Of a stretch of DNA of 64,000 nt, positions 1 to 8,633 are shown piece by piece. Both the position numbers and the translations under genes were made by a program. Each line of letters opens with the position of its first letter. Within the stretch, counting starts at the first letter, position 1. The notes beneath the pieces are model-generated. The model worked only from the letters and a program-made list of their open reading frames with translations. It was not told where the DNA came from and did not search any database. The stretch lies in NCBI GenBank assembly GCA_048938025.1, contig JBHLMP010000004.1, positions 44,903-108,902 on the forward strand. Direction: 5' to 3'. This DNA comes from Promethearchaeota archaeon (GTDB lineage: Archaea; Asgardarchaeota; Lokiarchaeia; Sigyniarchaeales; SOKP01).

Positions 1-803
1 TTTATTATCTCAGAGGGGATAAAGCTTACATTATTCATTGGTAAATATAAAATCCTTAAATGAACCATTTTAAAGATAGAATTTGGAATGATATCAAGTT
101 CTATGTTATTTAATTCTAAATGAACTATTTCCTTAAACATATTTAGTTTATCTATGAGATTTCCAATAGGATGATCATCAATATGTAAGCTACGAACATT
201 TCCATATACGATATAACATGAATTTGGAATACTGATTTGTTTTTTATAATCTAATATTATTGATAATTCAAAACCAAGTTTTTGATTTATCTTTTGAATT
301 AAATCGAATTCATCTGGAACAAGACCCATATATTGATATAGTTTATATCTTGTTCTAAGGAGACCATATCTCTCAAGAAGATTAATACCATCTCTGCATT
401 CAGAGATATATTTTTCTAAAGTGAATCTATCCCAATAATGTGTTATATATTGCCCTTCTTGATTAATAGCTTTAAAATTGTCTTGAACTGATGTACTTGG
501 TATAGTTGTAGTGATTAAAAAATAACCATCCGTATTATGTATCTTACAAGCACTACGAATATCTCCGAGTTCAGACTCATAAACTGATTTATTTGAGACA
601 GCTTTATTTTTGCATTGTACTAAAAATTTATAATTCTGATGTCTACCAATTACATCCTTTACAGAATATCTAATTATAAGATCTTTTTTTCTATCTGGAC
701 CTCTCGAAGGTCCTTCCACAATTTCAATCCCAATCGATTCTAATAAATCTCTACAGAAAAATTCAAAATCTTCCCCACTAAGACTACTGAAATCAATTGG
801 CAT
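1..803 (-). CDS. Mrr-like PD-(D/E)xK restriction endonuclease domain fused to leucine-rich repeats (3' end runs off the window)
   Basis: Absent from the ORF track because no stop lies in the window. Manual translation from ATG at 803: MPIDFSSLSGEDFEFFCRDLLESIGIEIVEGPSRGPDRKKDLII...FLVQCKNK...GYFLITT...HYWDRFTLEKYI (Mrr_cat pattern), then IVHLELNNIELDIIPNSIFKMVHLRILYLPMNNVSFIPSEI (LxxLxLxxNxLxxIP LRR pattern). Confidence 0.8.
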   Translation of the reverse strand, partial: MPIDFSSLSGEDFEFFCRDLLESIGIEIVEGPSRGPDRKKDLIIRYSVKDVIGRHQNYKFLVQCKNKAVSNKSVYESELGDIRSACKIHNTDGYFLITTTIPSTSVQDNFKAINQEGQYITHYWDRFTLEKYISECRDGINLLERYGLLRTRYKLYQYMGLVPDEFDLIQKINQKLGFELSIILDYKKQISIPNSCYIVYGNVRSLHIDDHPIGNLIDKLNMFKEIVHLELNNIELDIIPNSIFKMVHLRILYLPMNNVSFIPSEII

Positions 804-1157
804 AATTAAAACAAAATCTATATTCTTTTAAATATTTTTAATAAATTTTTGCATATTAAGGTTAAGCACCATAAAGAGACTCTAAAGTATGAAGGGATAC
901 TCCTTAATGATAAAGGGGGTTGCATCGCATTATAAGGGGGGACGTTGGGAGAGAGTGTTTATTATTTGGTATGAAATGTCTCGTTTATTTGATGATTCTT
1001 TCAGTAGTGATTTTGATAGTTACATCGTTAGTTTTTATTCGCTTTTCAATAATCTAAACACAATTCTTCATACTTTTTATAGAATACTTGTTTTTATCTT
1101 TATTGGATATATTAAAAATTAAAAAAATAGAATAGATCAAATAATTGCGATAATAAT

Positions 1158-1676
1158 ATGTATGGCAAAAAAGATGGAAAAAAGTTAAAAATTGTAGATA
1201 TTGGTCAAATTCTAAATATATTACAAACAAACTGGGACAGAGTTGAATTAACAGGTGATCAAATACCATGCTTTTTATCTAGATTGACATATAATACTGA
1301 ATGTAAGGTATATGCTAGTGGCTACCAAGGACCAGATTATAGAAATTATGATTCAGAATATGGATGTCCAATAACAGCAGGAATCAGGGTTGCTCGTAAA
1401 TCAAAAGGGATACCATCAGGGATTATGTGGAAATTTGATGACTATACTGTCTTCAGGAATAATGCTACAGGATTACAGTTCTTAGTTGCAGGACCTTATA
1501 AACACCCAACTGAACATCACATTGGTGATCTTCCAGATGACTATAAATCCATAGAAATCTTTGAATTTAACTATCCTAATTGTCCAAGATGTGGTTTTAA
1601 ATTAAATAGGGAATATCATTGTTGTGATAAATGTGGTTGGAATAAAAAAAACCCTAACCTTTCCCAAGTAGAATAA
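1158..1676 (+). CDS. hypothetical protein with C-terminal zinc ribbon
   Basis: 172 aa ORF with CPRCG...CDKCGW near the C-terminus. Confidence 0.65.
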   Translation: MYGKKDGKKLKIVDIGQILNILQTNWDRVELTGDQIPCFLSRLTYNTECKVYASGYQGPDYRNYDSEYGCPITAGIRVARKSKGIPSGIMWKFDDYTVFRNNATGLQFLVAGPYKHPTEHHIGDLPDDYKSIEIFEFNYPNCPRCGFKLNREYHCCDKCGWNKKNPNLSQVE

Positions 1677-1683
1677 TTAATAG

Positions 1684-1712
1684 AAAAACAAGATTTAGAA
1701 ATTCTTGTTTTT
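1684..1712. terminator. inverted repeat between convergent genes, possible terminator
   Basis: aaaaacaaga ... tcttgttttt forms a 10-bp inverted repeat just after the stop at 1676. Confidence 0.3.
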
Positions 1713-1746
1713 TCACAGGAATTTTCATTGAAATCAGACCCTTAAT

Positions 1747-2391
1747 TTATCTCTTCTTCAAATTCACCTCTTTTTTTAAAATATACTTGATTAGAAAATC
1801 GAGATTTTCTTTTAAAGCATTTTGCCTTGATATAGTACTGCTTTTAACATTTTTGCCATTGAGTATATGGGCTATTTTTTTGGAAACATTTGAGTTTCCA
1901 AATCTTTCTTCAGATCTTAATTGGAGTTCCTGATTCTTTAGGATAATTATATATTCTTTAACAATCCTTTTTACCTTATTTAAATTATTAAATTGGAGCT
2001 TAAGTTGTTCTTCATAATAATTTTTCGTAATTCGATGAGTATTAGCATCAATTTCTTTCCGTTTTATGGCTTTATCTAAGTGTAAAATATATTGCTTCAA
2101 TTTTTTTATTTGGTTTGATAATTCAAAAAAGTTATGTGAATCCTTTACTTGAGAAAGGATTATCTTCTTATTTTGGACAATCTCATTAGAAATTTTTTTT
2201 AACGCTTTAAGTTTAATTGAGAGATCCTCGTTGGGATTTTTTTTTATAGTTTTTTGCAATTTATGTAGCTTTTTGAGTAATATTTCTCTCTGATTATCAA
2301 GTTTATATATCTTATATAGTAAATCTAACTGTCTAAAACCTTCTTCTTCAGGTAATTGGTTATTTTGGTCAAAATTACTTGCTTTTATCAT
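1747..2391 (-). CDS. basic coiled-coil hypothetical protein
   Basis: 214 aa, K/L/E-rich heptad pattern, co-oriented downstream of 2426..5482. Confidence 0.6.
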   Translation of the reverse strand: MIKASNFDQNNQLPEEEGFRQLDLLYKIYKLDNQREILLKKLHKLQKTIKKNPNEDLSIKLKALKKISNEIVQNKKIILSQVKDSHNFFELSNQIKKLKQYILHLDKAIKRKEIDANTHRITKNYYEEQLKLQFNNLNKVKRIVKEYIIILKNQELQLRSEERFGNSNVSKKIAHILNGKNVKSSTISRQNALKENLDFLIKYILKKEVNLKKR

Positions 2392-2425
2392 TTTTTTTCA
2401 CGCTTCTCTTTTTTTTCCTAATAAA

Positions 2426-5400
2426 TTATAGATCTTCATTACTCAATATATCATCAAATACATCTTTCATTTTTTTACCCTTTTTAATTTCTAATTCTAA
2501 TTTTAAAGGTGTGTTTTCTTTTTTCCTTCTATATTTTTTTCCAAAAATCCATTTTGTAAACTTATTTGAAACAAATAAAGAAAATCCACAAATACCTACA
2601 AAGATACATAAAGCTAGAATTGTCCAGAGAATTGAGGACTCTTGAGAAGTTCCTCCACCAGGATTGATGGGTTCAGAAGGATTTATTTCGTATTCATATA
2701 AAATCATTCCATCAGGATGGAATCCATCATAAATTAAAAATTGAACAGAATATTCAATATCATCCAGATTTTCATAATACATTGTAAATTTGGACAAATC
2801 TGAATAATCCTCTCTCTCAAGTTCAACAGATTCTACTAATAAGAAATTTCTATAAATATTCCCAATTATCATTGAATTGGATGCTGGATTTTGCCCTGAT
2901 GAAAATTCATAAGAGATATTCATCTCAAAGATGAGTTCTTGATGTTTATCTATTATTTTCAAGCCTGAATCATGAAACACATAGAATGTTCTAATATTAA
3001 CTGGAACTTGCCCTAATTGCTCATAACCTTTATAGATCGCCACAACCCCTTCTACTTTTGGATGACAACTGGGATTTTCAGGTATTTTAAAATCTTTATA
3101 ATAAGTATTGTTTTCCAATTCCTCAAAATTAATTATTCCGAGCTGTAAGCTTTCAAAAACAACCGAAATGTCATCTCCAAAATCATCAATAATCAAATTC
3201 TGAAATGAAACTGTAAGACTATTAACACCCCCTAAAATTATTTGTTCCATATATTCACATTCAATTTCTAATTCACTATTCAGAGCCATTTCGCAAATCC
3301 AGAGAAAAAAATCTTGGTTAACTATTTGATAGTTTGAATTCATGTAAAACTCATTTAAATCTTCTGAATAAAGCAAATCAGCTAGATTTATTACTAAATC
3401 ATAATTGAATTCAAGACTAATATCCAAAATTTCTGAGATTTTGTATGAATAATAGATATTGTTTATTTTATTGTAGTTTATATTTTGTTGCACAAATTCT
3501 TTGATTTTTTGATTATTTAAATCATAAAGATCAAGTGCTTTTAAAACATATATCATGTAATAAGTGTTTTGTAAGATAATATCGATATTAGAGGTATATT
3601 GAGGATCAAAATATAGTAAGGAGGAGGTTTCAACGATATTTCTTTGAATATATTCACGTAAAGCTACTTTATTAAAAGACAAATCAACAATATTTCCTAA
3701 ATTCAGATGATCTACCAGCAATTCTAATGATTTTATCGCGTAATATGAATATTCAAAAAAGATTTTCTGTAATTGGCTTTCAAGGGAGAAAAAAGTAAAT
3801 CCATGCGTAGGTAAAAAAGCCCCGTACACTTCAGGAAATGAGGAATTTAGAAATTGTGATTGTGTGATGTCTTCAATTAAATTGGTTAAATCAACCTCTC
3901 CTCCAAAATCATCCAATTTAAATAGGGTATTCATTGAATTTAAGGCAAAGTACATAGATTTAAAGGAAGTAAAATAATCAATACTTGTAATGTAATTATG
4001 ATACCCTCTATTATAATATTCAATTGGGTACGAGCGAAATTCAGGCTTTAAACTATCTGCATTTATATAAGGTAGAAAAACATACCAATCTTTAGGATAA
4101 TTATTATACCTGAAAGAATTCTTTATTTCATTATATATACCTTGTATATTTAAATCTGAGACCCTATCAAATAATTGAAACGAAGAGATAATGGTATTAA
4201 GAAGATTAAGGGATGTATATTCTTGAGAGATAAGGGAAAATCCTTTAAGTTGATGATAATTATTAAGTGCTGTTAAAATCTCAGATTTGTCCAACGTAGT
4301 AAGGTTAAAAATTGCACCACTGTTATTTAAAGCTCGAATAACTTGGAAAAGATCCATTAACTCATGCATTGTAACTGTTGTAGAGGAATGCCACGTACCT
4401 TGAGAATTTCTATTATCTAAAATGAAATTGATGACCGAAGTTTCATTTATACCTGAAAAGCCTGTCATTTTAGAAAGATCTAACCCAATTGTGGTTGCAA
4501 TGAGATTAGTTATATTATGTTCAAAAACAGACATTTGAAAATAATTGTCATCTTTATATAACTCATTGAGAAATTGATGAAAGCTGTTACTGTTAATCGA
4601 TTCTTCCATTCCAAAGATTTCTAATGTTTTGATACAGTAATAAGAAGAAAGAAGGTTGGGCTCATGGAGAGGCTTAATACTATCAAATAAACTATCTTTA
4701 TCATTATAAAATCCTCCATATCTCCAATCAGTATTTATTGAATCTTGTAAGTCATTTATATGTTGTATTATCTCATTTTTTCGCACGGTATAACTAATCC
4801 AATCTTCCATTAGCAAATTTAATGCCATAACTGCAAAATATGTATTATCCATTGTAGAAATTTTAAAAGAGTCTTCTAAATCTACATTATATGGTTGACC
4901 GATAAAGCCAATTGTGATAGGATTATAACAACTCCAGATGAAATCGATAAATTTTTGTCTGTCGATTAAGTCTAATTTGTTTAAAATATGTAATGATAAA
5001 ATAGCATAGCAATTGACTTCAAGGAGAGATGTCAAAGGATAATATGCTTGTGAGAAATCTGTGTCCAAGTATCGATAAGAATATTCATCGAAAAATAAAT
5101 TAGATTCTTGATTATAAGTAGAGATTATATAATTCGTTATTGTTGTTTTATTTATTTCACCTAAATTACCAAGAACATCAAGAATATACAACCCATAATA
5201 TGTAGCTTGTAGCGAAGGTTTATAAATTTGAGGAAAATAGGCATATAATTCATAATCACTAAGTTTTCTGTCAAAAATAGCTTCAATATTGTCCATATTT
5301 CTACAGGTTGAAGCTTTTAGTTGATTTTTAGTTCTAGATTCTACTCTCTCATCATAATATTGGTGATCATTGACTGAATCTATTCTATATTTAATATTAT

Positions 5401-5482
5401 TAATTGGATACGTGAAAATAATTTGAGAAACTACAAATATTATTACCAATACAATAGTTTTATTCCTTTTCATGCTGACCAT
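2426..5482 (-). CDS. membrane-anchored extracellular prenyltransferase/squalene-oxidase-repeat (alpha/alpha toroid) protein
   Basis: N-terminal signal-like hydrophobic stretch, repeated TYYGLYIL / TYFAVMAL / SYYCIKTL / SYYAIKSL motifs with GGF/GFIG turns, and a C-terminal TM followed by a basic tail. Confidence 0.75.
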   Translation of the reverse strand: MVSMKRNKTIVLVIIFVVSQIIFTYPINNIKYRIDSVNDHQYYDERVESRTKNQLKASTCRNMDNIEAIFDRKLSDYELYAYFPQIYKPSLQATYYGLYILDVLGNLGEINKTTITNYIISTYNQESNLFFDEYSYRYLDTDFSQAYYPLTSLLEVNCYAILSLHILNKLDLIDRQKFIDFIWSCYNPITIGFIGQPYNVDLEDSFKISTMDNTYFAVMALNLLMEDWISYTVRKNEIIQHINDLQDSINTDWRYGGFYNDKDSLFDSIKPLHEPNLLSSYYCIKTLEIFGMEESINSNSFHQFLNELYKDDNYFQMSVFEHNITNLIATTIGLDLSKMTGFSGINETSVINFILDNRNSQGTWHSSTTVTMHELMDLFQVIRALNNSGAIFNLTTLDKSEILTALNNYHQLKGFSLISQEYTSLNLLNTIISSFQLFDRVSDLNIQGIYNEIKNSFRYNNYPKDWYVFLPYINADSLKPEFRSYPIEYYNRGYHNYITSIDYFTSFKSMYFALNSMNTLFKLDDFGGEVDLTNLIEDITQSQFLNSSFPEVYGAFLPTHGFTFFSLESQLQKIFFEYSYYAIKSLELLVDHLNLGNIVDLSFNKVALREYIQRNIVETSSLLYFDPQYTSNIDIILQNTYYMIYVLKALDLYDLNNQKIKEFVQQNINYNKINNIYYSYKISEILDISLEFNYDLVINLADLLYSEDLNEFYMNSNYQIVNQDFFLWICEMALNSELEIECEYMEQIILGGVNSLTVSFQNLIIDDFGDDISVVFESLQLGIINFEELENNTYYKDFKIPENPSCHPKVEGVVAIYKGYEQLGQVPVNIRTFYVFHDSGLKIIDKHQELIFEMNISYEFSSGQNPASNSMIIGNIYRNFLLVESVELEREDYSDLSKFTMYYENLDDIEYSVQFLIYDGFHPDGMILYEYEINPSEPINPGGGTSQESSILWTILALCIFVGICGFSLFVSNKFTKWIFGKKYRRKKENTPLKLELEIKKGKKMKDVFDDILSNEDL

Positions 5483-5655
5483 TTTCCTATTTTATTATCA
5501 TTTTTTGTTTAACCACTTTTATGTTGGTTATATTTAAATGAAAAAGAAAAGTATTGGACATTTTTGTAAGTCTTTAATTTTGTTTTTTTGTTTATAAATA
5601 AATAACAGAATTAAGGTGAAATTAACTATAAATTAATTTTTACAACAGGAATAAA

Positions 5656-8595
5656 ATGATTAAAGATCTCTCTGAGACCAAAGCTGATTTGACTTGTGAA
5701 GAATGTGGTGAACCAATAAAACATAATCAAATAGACAATAAACCTATATATTGTGAATTTTGTGGTGCTCAATATAGCTCTGTAGATTTGCGACATCCAG
5801 AAATATCACAACCGGAACAGGAAAGAATAAGATTTTCTTATACTACTGAAGAATTAAGCCAAGCAATTAGAAATCTTACCTATCAGAAAATTTATGAATT
5901 GCTGAAAGCTAATTTTTCAATCATCAGCCGTTTAAAGGACCAAGAGGATCTTAAACAATCGCAAATATTAAAACTGGCTAAAAAATTACGAAGAGCATTA
6001 TTATTTCTTTCCCTTCCTTCCAACAATACTGAGTTGCTGACTAAGACCTCAAAGAAAAAGATTGAAAATTTTTTTGAGGACTTCCAAGCAAATTTAAAAA
6101 AAAAGAGAAAAAAGCAATCCAATTATGTGCCTTATTTGACGAAAAATATCAAATTCATTTATAGATTAATCAAGGGAGATTTTGAATTCTCAACTCTTGC
6201 TAAATATAATCAGAAAGCGGTGAATAAATTAAAAACCAAATTTGGGTTTAAAATCAATGCTAAAACTAAAAACGCATTCTCTTACTATTTATCAATACTC
6301 CTGTGTAGAAAAATATATAAAATTATAACAACTCAGGGGCAGATCTTAGATTTAAAACATAGTAGAAATGAATTAACTAAGCAATATACATTAAACACTG
6401 CTAAAGATATAACTGCATTAGTTTTAAACAATTACTTCAAGGGAAATTTCTCAAAAGCATATAGAAAATTAAAAATGGAGCTCGAGATCGATTGGGTTTA
6501 CCGTGAAAGCTTTATTGACCATGTCCGCTCATTAATAAAACTGGTCTATAAATTAGCATATAACAACGGCTATACCTCTAGACTTGGAGGATTTCAAAAA
6601 TTATTTGCTGAAGATTTAAAAGAAAGTAGGTTTTTTGAAGATGACACTATTTTTTCACCCTATTTTAAAGTGAATTTAACTCTGATTCTAAGCAGAATTA
6701 TTCACTGTATTCTTAATTCATCCCAAAATTTAACTCCACTACAATCTGACCCCAGAAAATTAAATCCTACTGATAACCTAAGATCGGCAAATGAGATTTT
6801 AGATGAACTTCTTGCAGATAAAAAAATTAAATCAGAATTTTTAAAGGAGTTTTATAACCTCTCTTTAGAAGAATTTCAAAAAGAATATGAGAATTTACTA
6901 GCCAAATTAAAATCTGATATGCTCTATAAAGAAAACTTTCTATCATTCCTACAAAAACTTATAAATTCTGTTTACAAAATTACACACATCAAAAGTAAAA
7001 AATCGAATCATTCGAAAATAGAATTGGGAATTATCAAAGATCTGGCTAATTATAACTTTAATTGGGAGTCACTCAAAAAAGAAAAATCATGTTTCTACTC
7101 AGAGGAAAAAGATAAAAGATATGATATATTTACAACAGAGATTCCAGAAAATAGTCTATTGTGGCGAGTAAGGGCTTATGTTATTGGATTCTTATTATCA
7201 GATGGTTCAATAAGATATAATCCCTATGAAGTCGCAGCTTCTCAAAATTTAAAAGATAGAGACATACTAGATAATATTAAAAAAGCTTTAGGCGGAGATA
7301 TTCAAGGACCTGACAAAAAAAGTAAGTACTATTGGAGTGTATATAATAAAAGTTTAGTACTAACATTGAAGAAATATGGAATGGTCAAAGCACACTCAAA
7401 AGAACATATCGCAAAGAATCTAGTACCGCCTGATTTTATAACATTGATGATTAATGGAAAGTCAATATTGAGAGACTTTATTAGAGGATTTTATGATGGG
7501 GATGGTTGGATAACTGGTTCTTTTATAAGAGGTGATACTGGTTTCAAAATATTGGGTCCAGAAAAATTTTTAACAATAATACAAGAAATGATTTCAATAG
7601 ATGTTCCAGATATAAAATCATATATTACACCAGAAAGAAAACAATATTTTTTTATTAACAATAAGAAGTACCTTCTTTTTACTAAATCAAAAATATATAA
7701 GAAAGGATACGGTTTTTATAAGCTCTCAACTGAAGAAAAAAAGAAAGGAGAAATAAAGATTTTGGATCATCCTTGGTTAAAGATTCTTCACTTCTCGGGA
7801 AACTTAAATGCTACTAAATTCTTTAACTGGTTATATGAGGATAATGACAAATTTGATCAATATGAGATTAATGGTATAAAAATTTGTGGTACAAGGAAGT
7901 TTAGAAAGGCTATTTCTATATTAGGAGATAAAAAGAAAAGAAAAGAAAGATTAGCTCCTGATTGGAAAGATACTATGACAGAAATTATACCCAAATTAAA
8001 AGCACGATTTTATAAAATAACAGAATTAAGAGATTTAACAAATGATTTACTTCTTGAAGAATTAAGGTCCTTAGGATTAGAACATCTATATGATGGACAA
8101 AAAGCTAAAAATATGGATAAATTTCGAGAAAGATTAAAGTTTTTTGAATATCTAGATAATTTATTAGGACATTATAAAAAATCAAACATAAATTATTATT
8201 TCAGTAAAATAAATCCTCCATCGATAATCCCTAAAGATTTTAAGAGAAGTATCTATTTGATTAAAAACGGAGATATTCGTAAAAACATTAAAAGCTTCAT
8301 AATTTATGTCCTTCTTTTGAAAGATAATCCCATGAAATTTGATGAAATTCTAAAAGAACTCAAGAAATCAAAAATTTTCGATAAGAACACTCTATATATC
8401 AAGAATATTATAATAAATATCGTTGAATTAATATCATTTGAAATTATTTTTATCGAAGAACTTAAAAAACCAAGATTTATATTTAAGAATTTTAAAGATC
8501 AAGATTTATATTTAAATATTTCAAGATTAAAAGTAATTTTAGGAATAGATTTAAAAGAGATTAAATTAAAACTAAAAAAACTATATTATAAATGA
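5656..8595 (+). CDS. large free-standing LAGLIDADG endonuclease-domain protein (Zn ribbon + 3 helical repeats + two LAGLIDADG motifs + probable C-terminal wHTH)
   Basis: CEECG...CEFCG at the N-terminus; YVIGFLLSDGSI and DFIRGFYDGDGWI motifs; no intein splice motifs seen. Confidence 0.8.
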   Translation: MIKDLSETKADLTCEECGEPIKHNQIDNKPIYCEFCGAQYSSVDLRHPEISQPEQERIRFSYTTEELSQAIRNLTYQKIYELLKANFSIISRLKDQEDLKQSQILKLAKKLRRALLFLSLPSNNTELLTKTSKKKIENFFEDFQANLKKKRKKQSNYVPYLTKNIKFIYRLIKGDFEFSTLAKYNQKAVNKLKTKFGFKINAKTKNAFSYYLSILLCRKIYKIITTQGQILDLKHSRNELTKQYTLNTAKDITALVLNNYFKGNFSKAYRKLKMELEIDWVYRESFIDHVRSLIKLVYKLAYNNGYTSRLGGFQKLFAEDLKESRFFEDDTIFSPYFKVNLTLILSRIIHCILNSSQNLTPLQSDPRKLNPTDNLRSANEILDELLADKKIKSEFLKEFYNLSLEEFQKEYENLLAKLKSDMLYKENFLSFLQKLINSVYKITHIKSKKSNHSKIELGIIKDLANYNFNWESLKKEKSCFYSEEKDKRYDIFTTEIPENSLLWRVRAYVIGFLLSDGSIRYNPYEVAASQNLKDRDILDNIKKALGGDIQGPDKKSKYYWSVYNKSLVLTLKKYGMVKAHSKEHIAKNLVPPDFITLMINGKSILRDFIRGFYDGDGWITGSFIRGDTGFKILGPEKFLTIIQEMISIDVPDIKSYITPERKQYFFINNKKYLLFTKSKIYKKGYGFYKLSTEEKKKGEIKILDHPWLKILHFSGNLNATKFFNWLYEDNDKFDQYEINGIKICGTRKFRKAISILGDKKKRKERLAPDWKDTMTEIIPKLKARFYKITELRDLTNDLLLEELRSLGLEHLYDGQKAKNMDKFRERLKFFEYLDNLLGHYKKSNINYYFSKINPPSIIPKDFKRSIYLIKNGDIRKNIKSFIIYVLLLKDNPMKFDEILKELKKSKIFDKNTLYIKNIIINIVELISFEIIFIEELKKPRFIFKNFKDQDLYLNISRLKVILGIDLKEIKLKLKKLYYK

Positions 8596-8633
8596 TAATT
8601 TGAAAAAAAAAAGTGTAAAAAATTAATTAAATA

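Noticed and set aside
1747-2391. CdvA-like or ESCRT-related coiled-coil protein
   Set aside because: Only a vague resemblance (KEIDANTH...YYEEQL), with no cdv/ESCRT context in the window.
5656-8595. Intein-containing host protein
   Set aside because: No Hint-domain motifs (N-terminal C/S block, TxxH, HN-C/S/T) flank the LAGLIDADG region.
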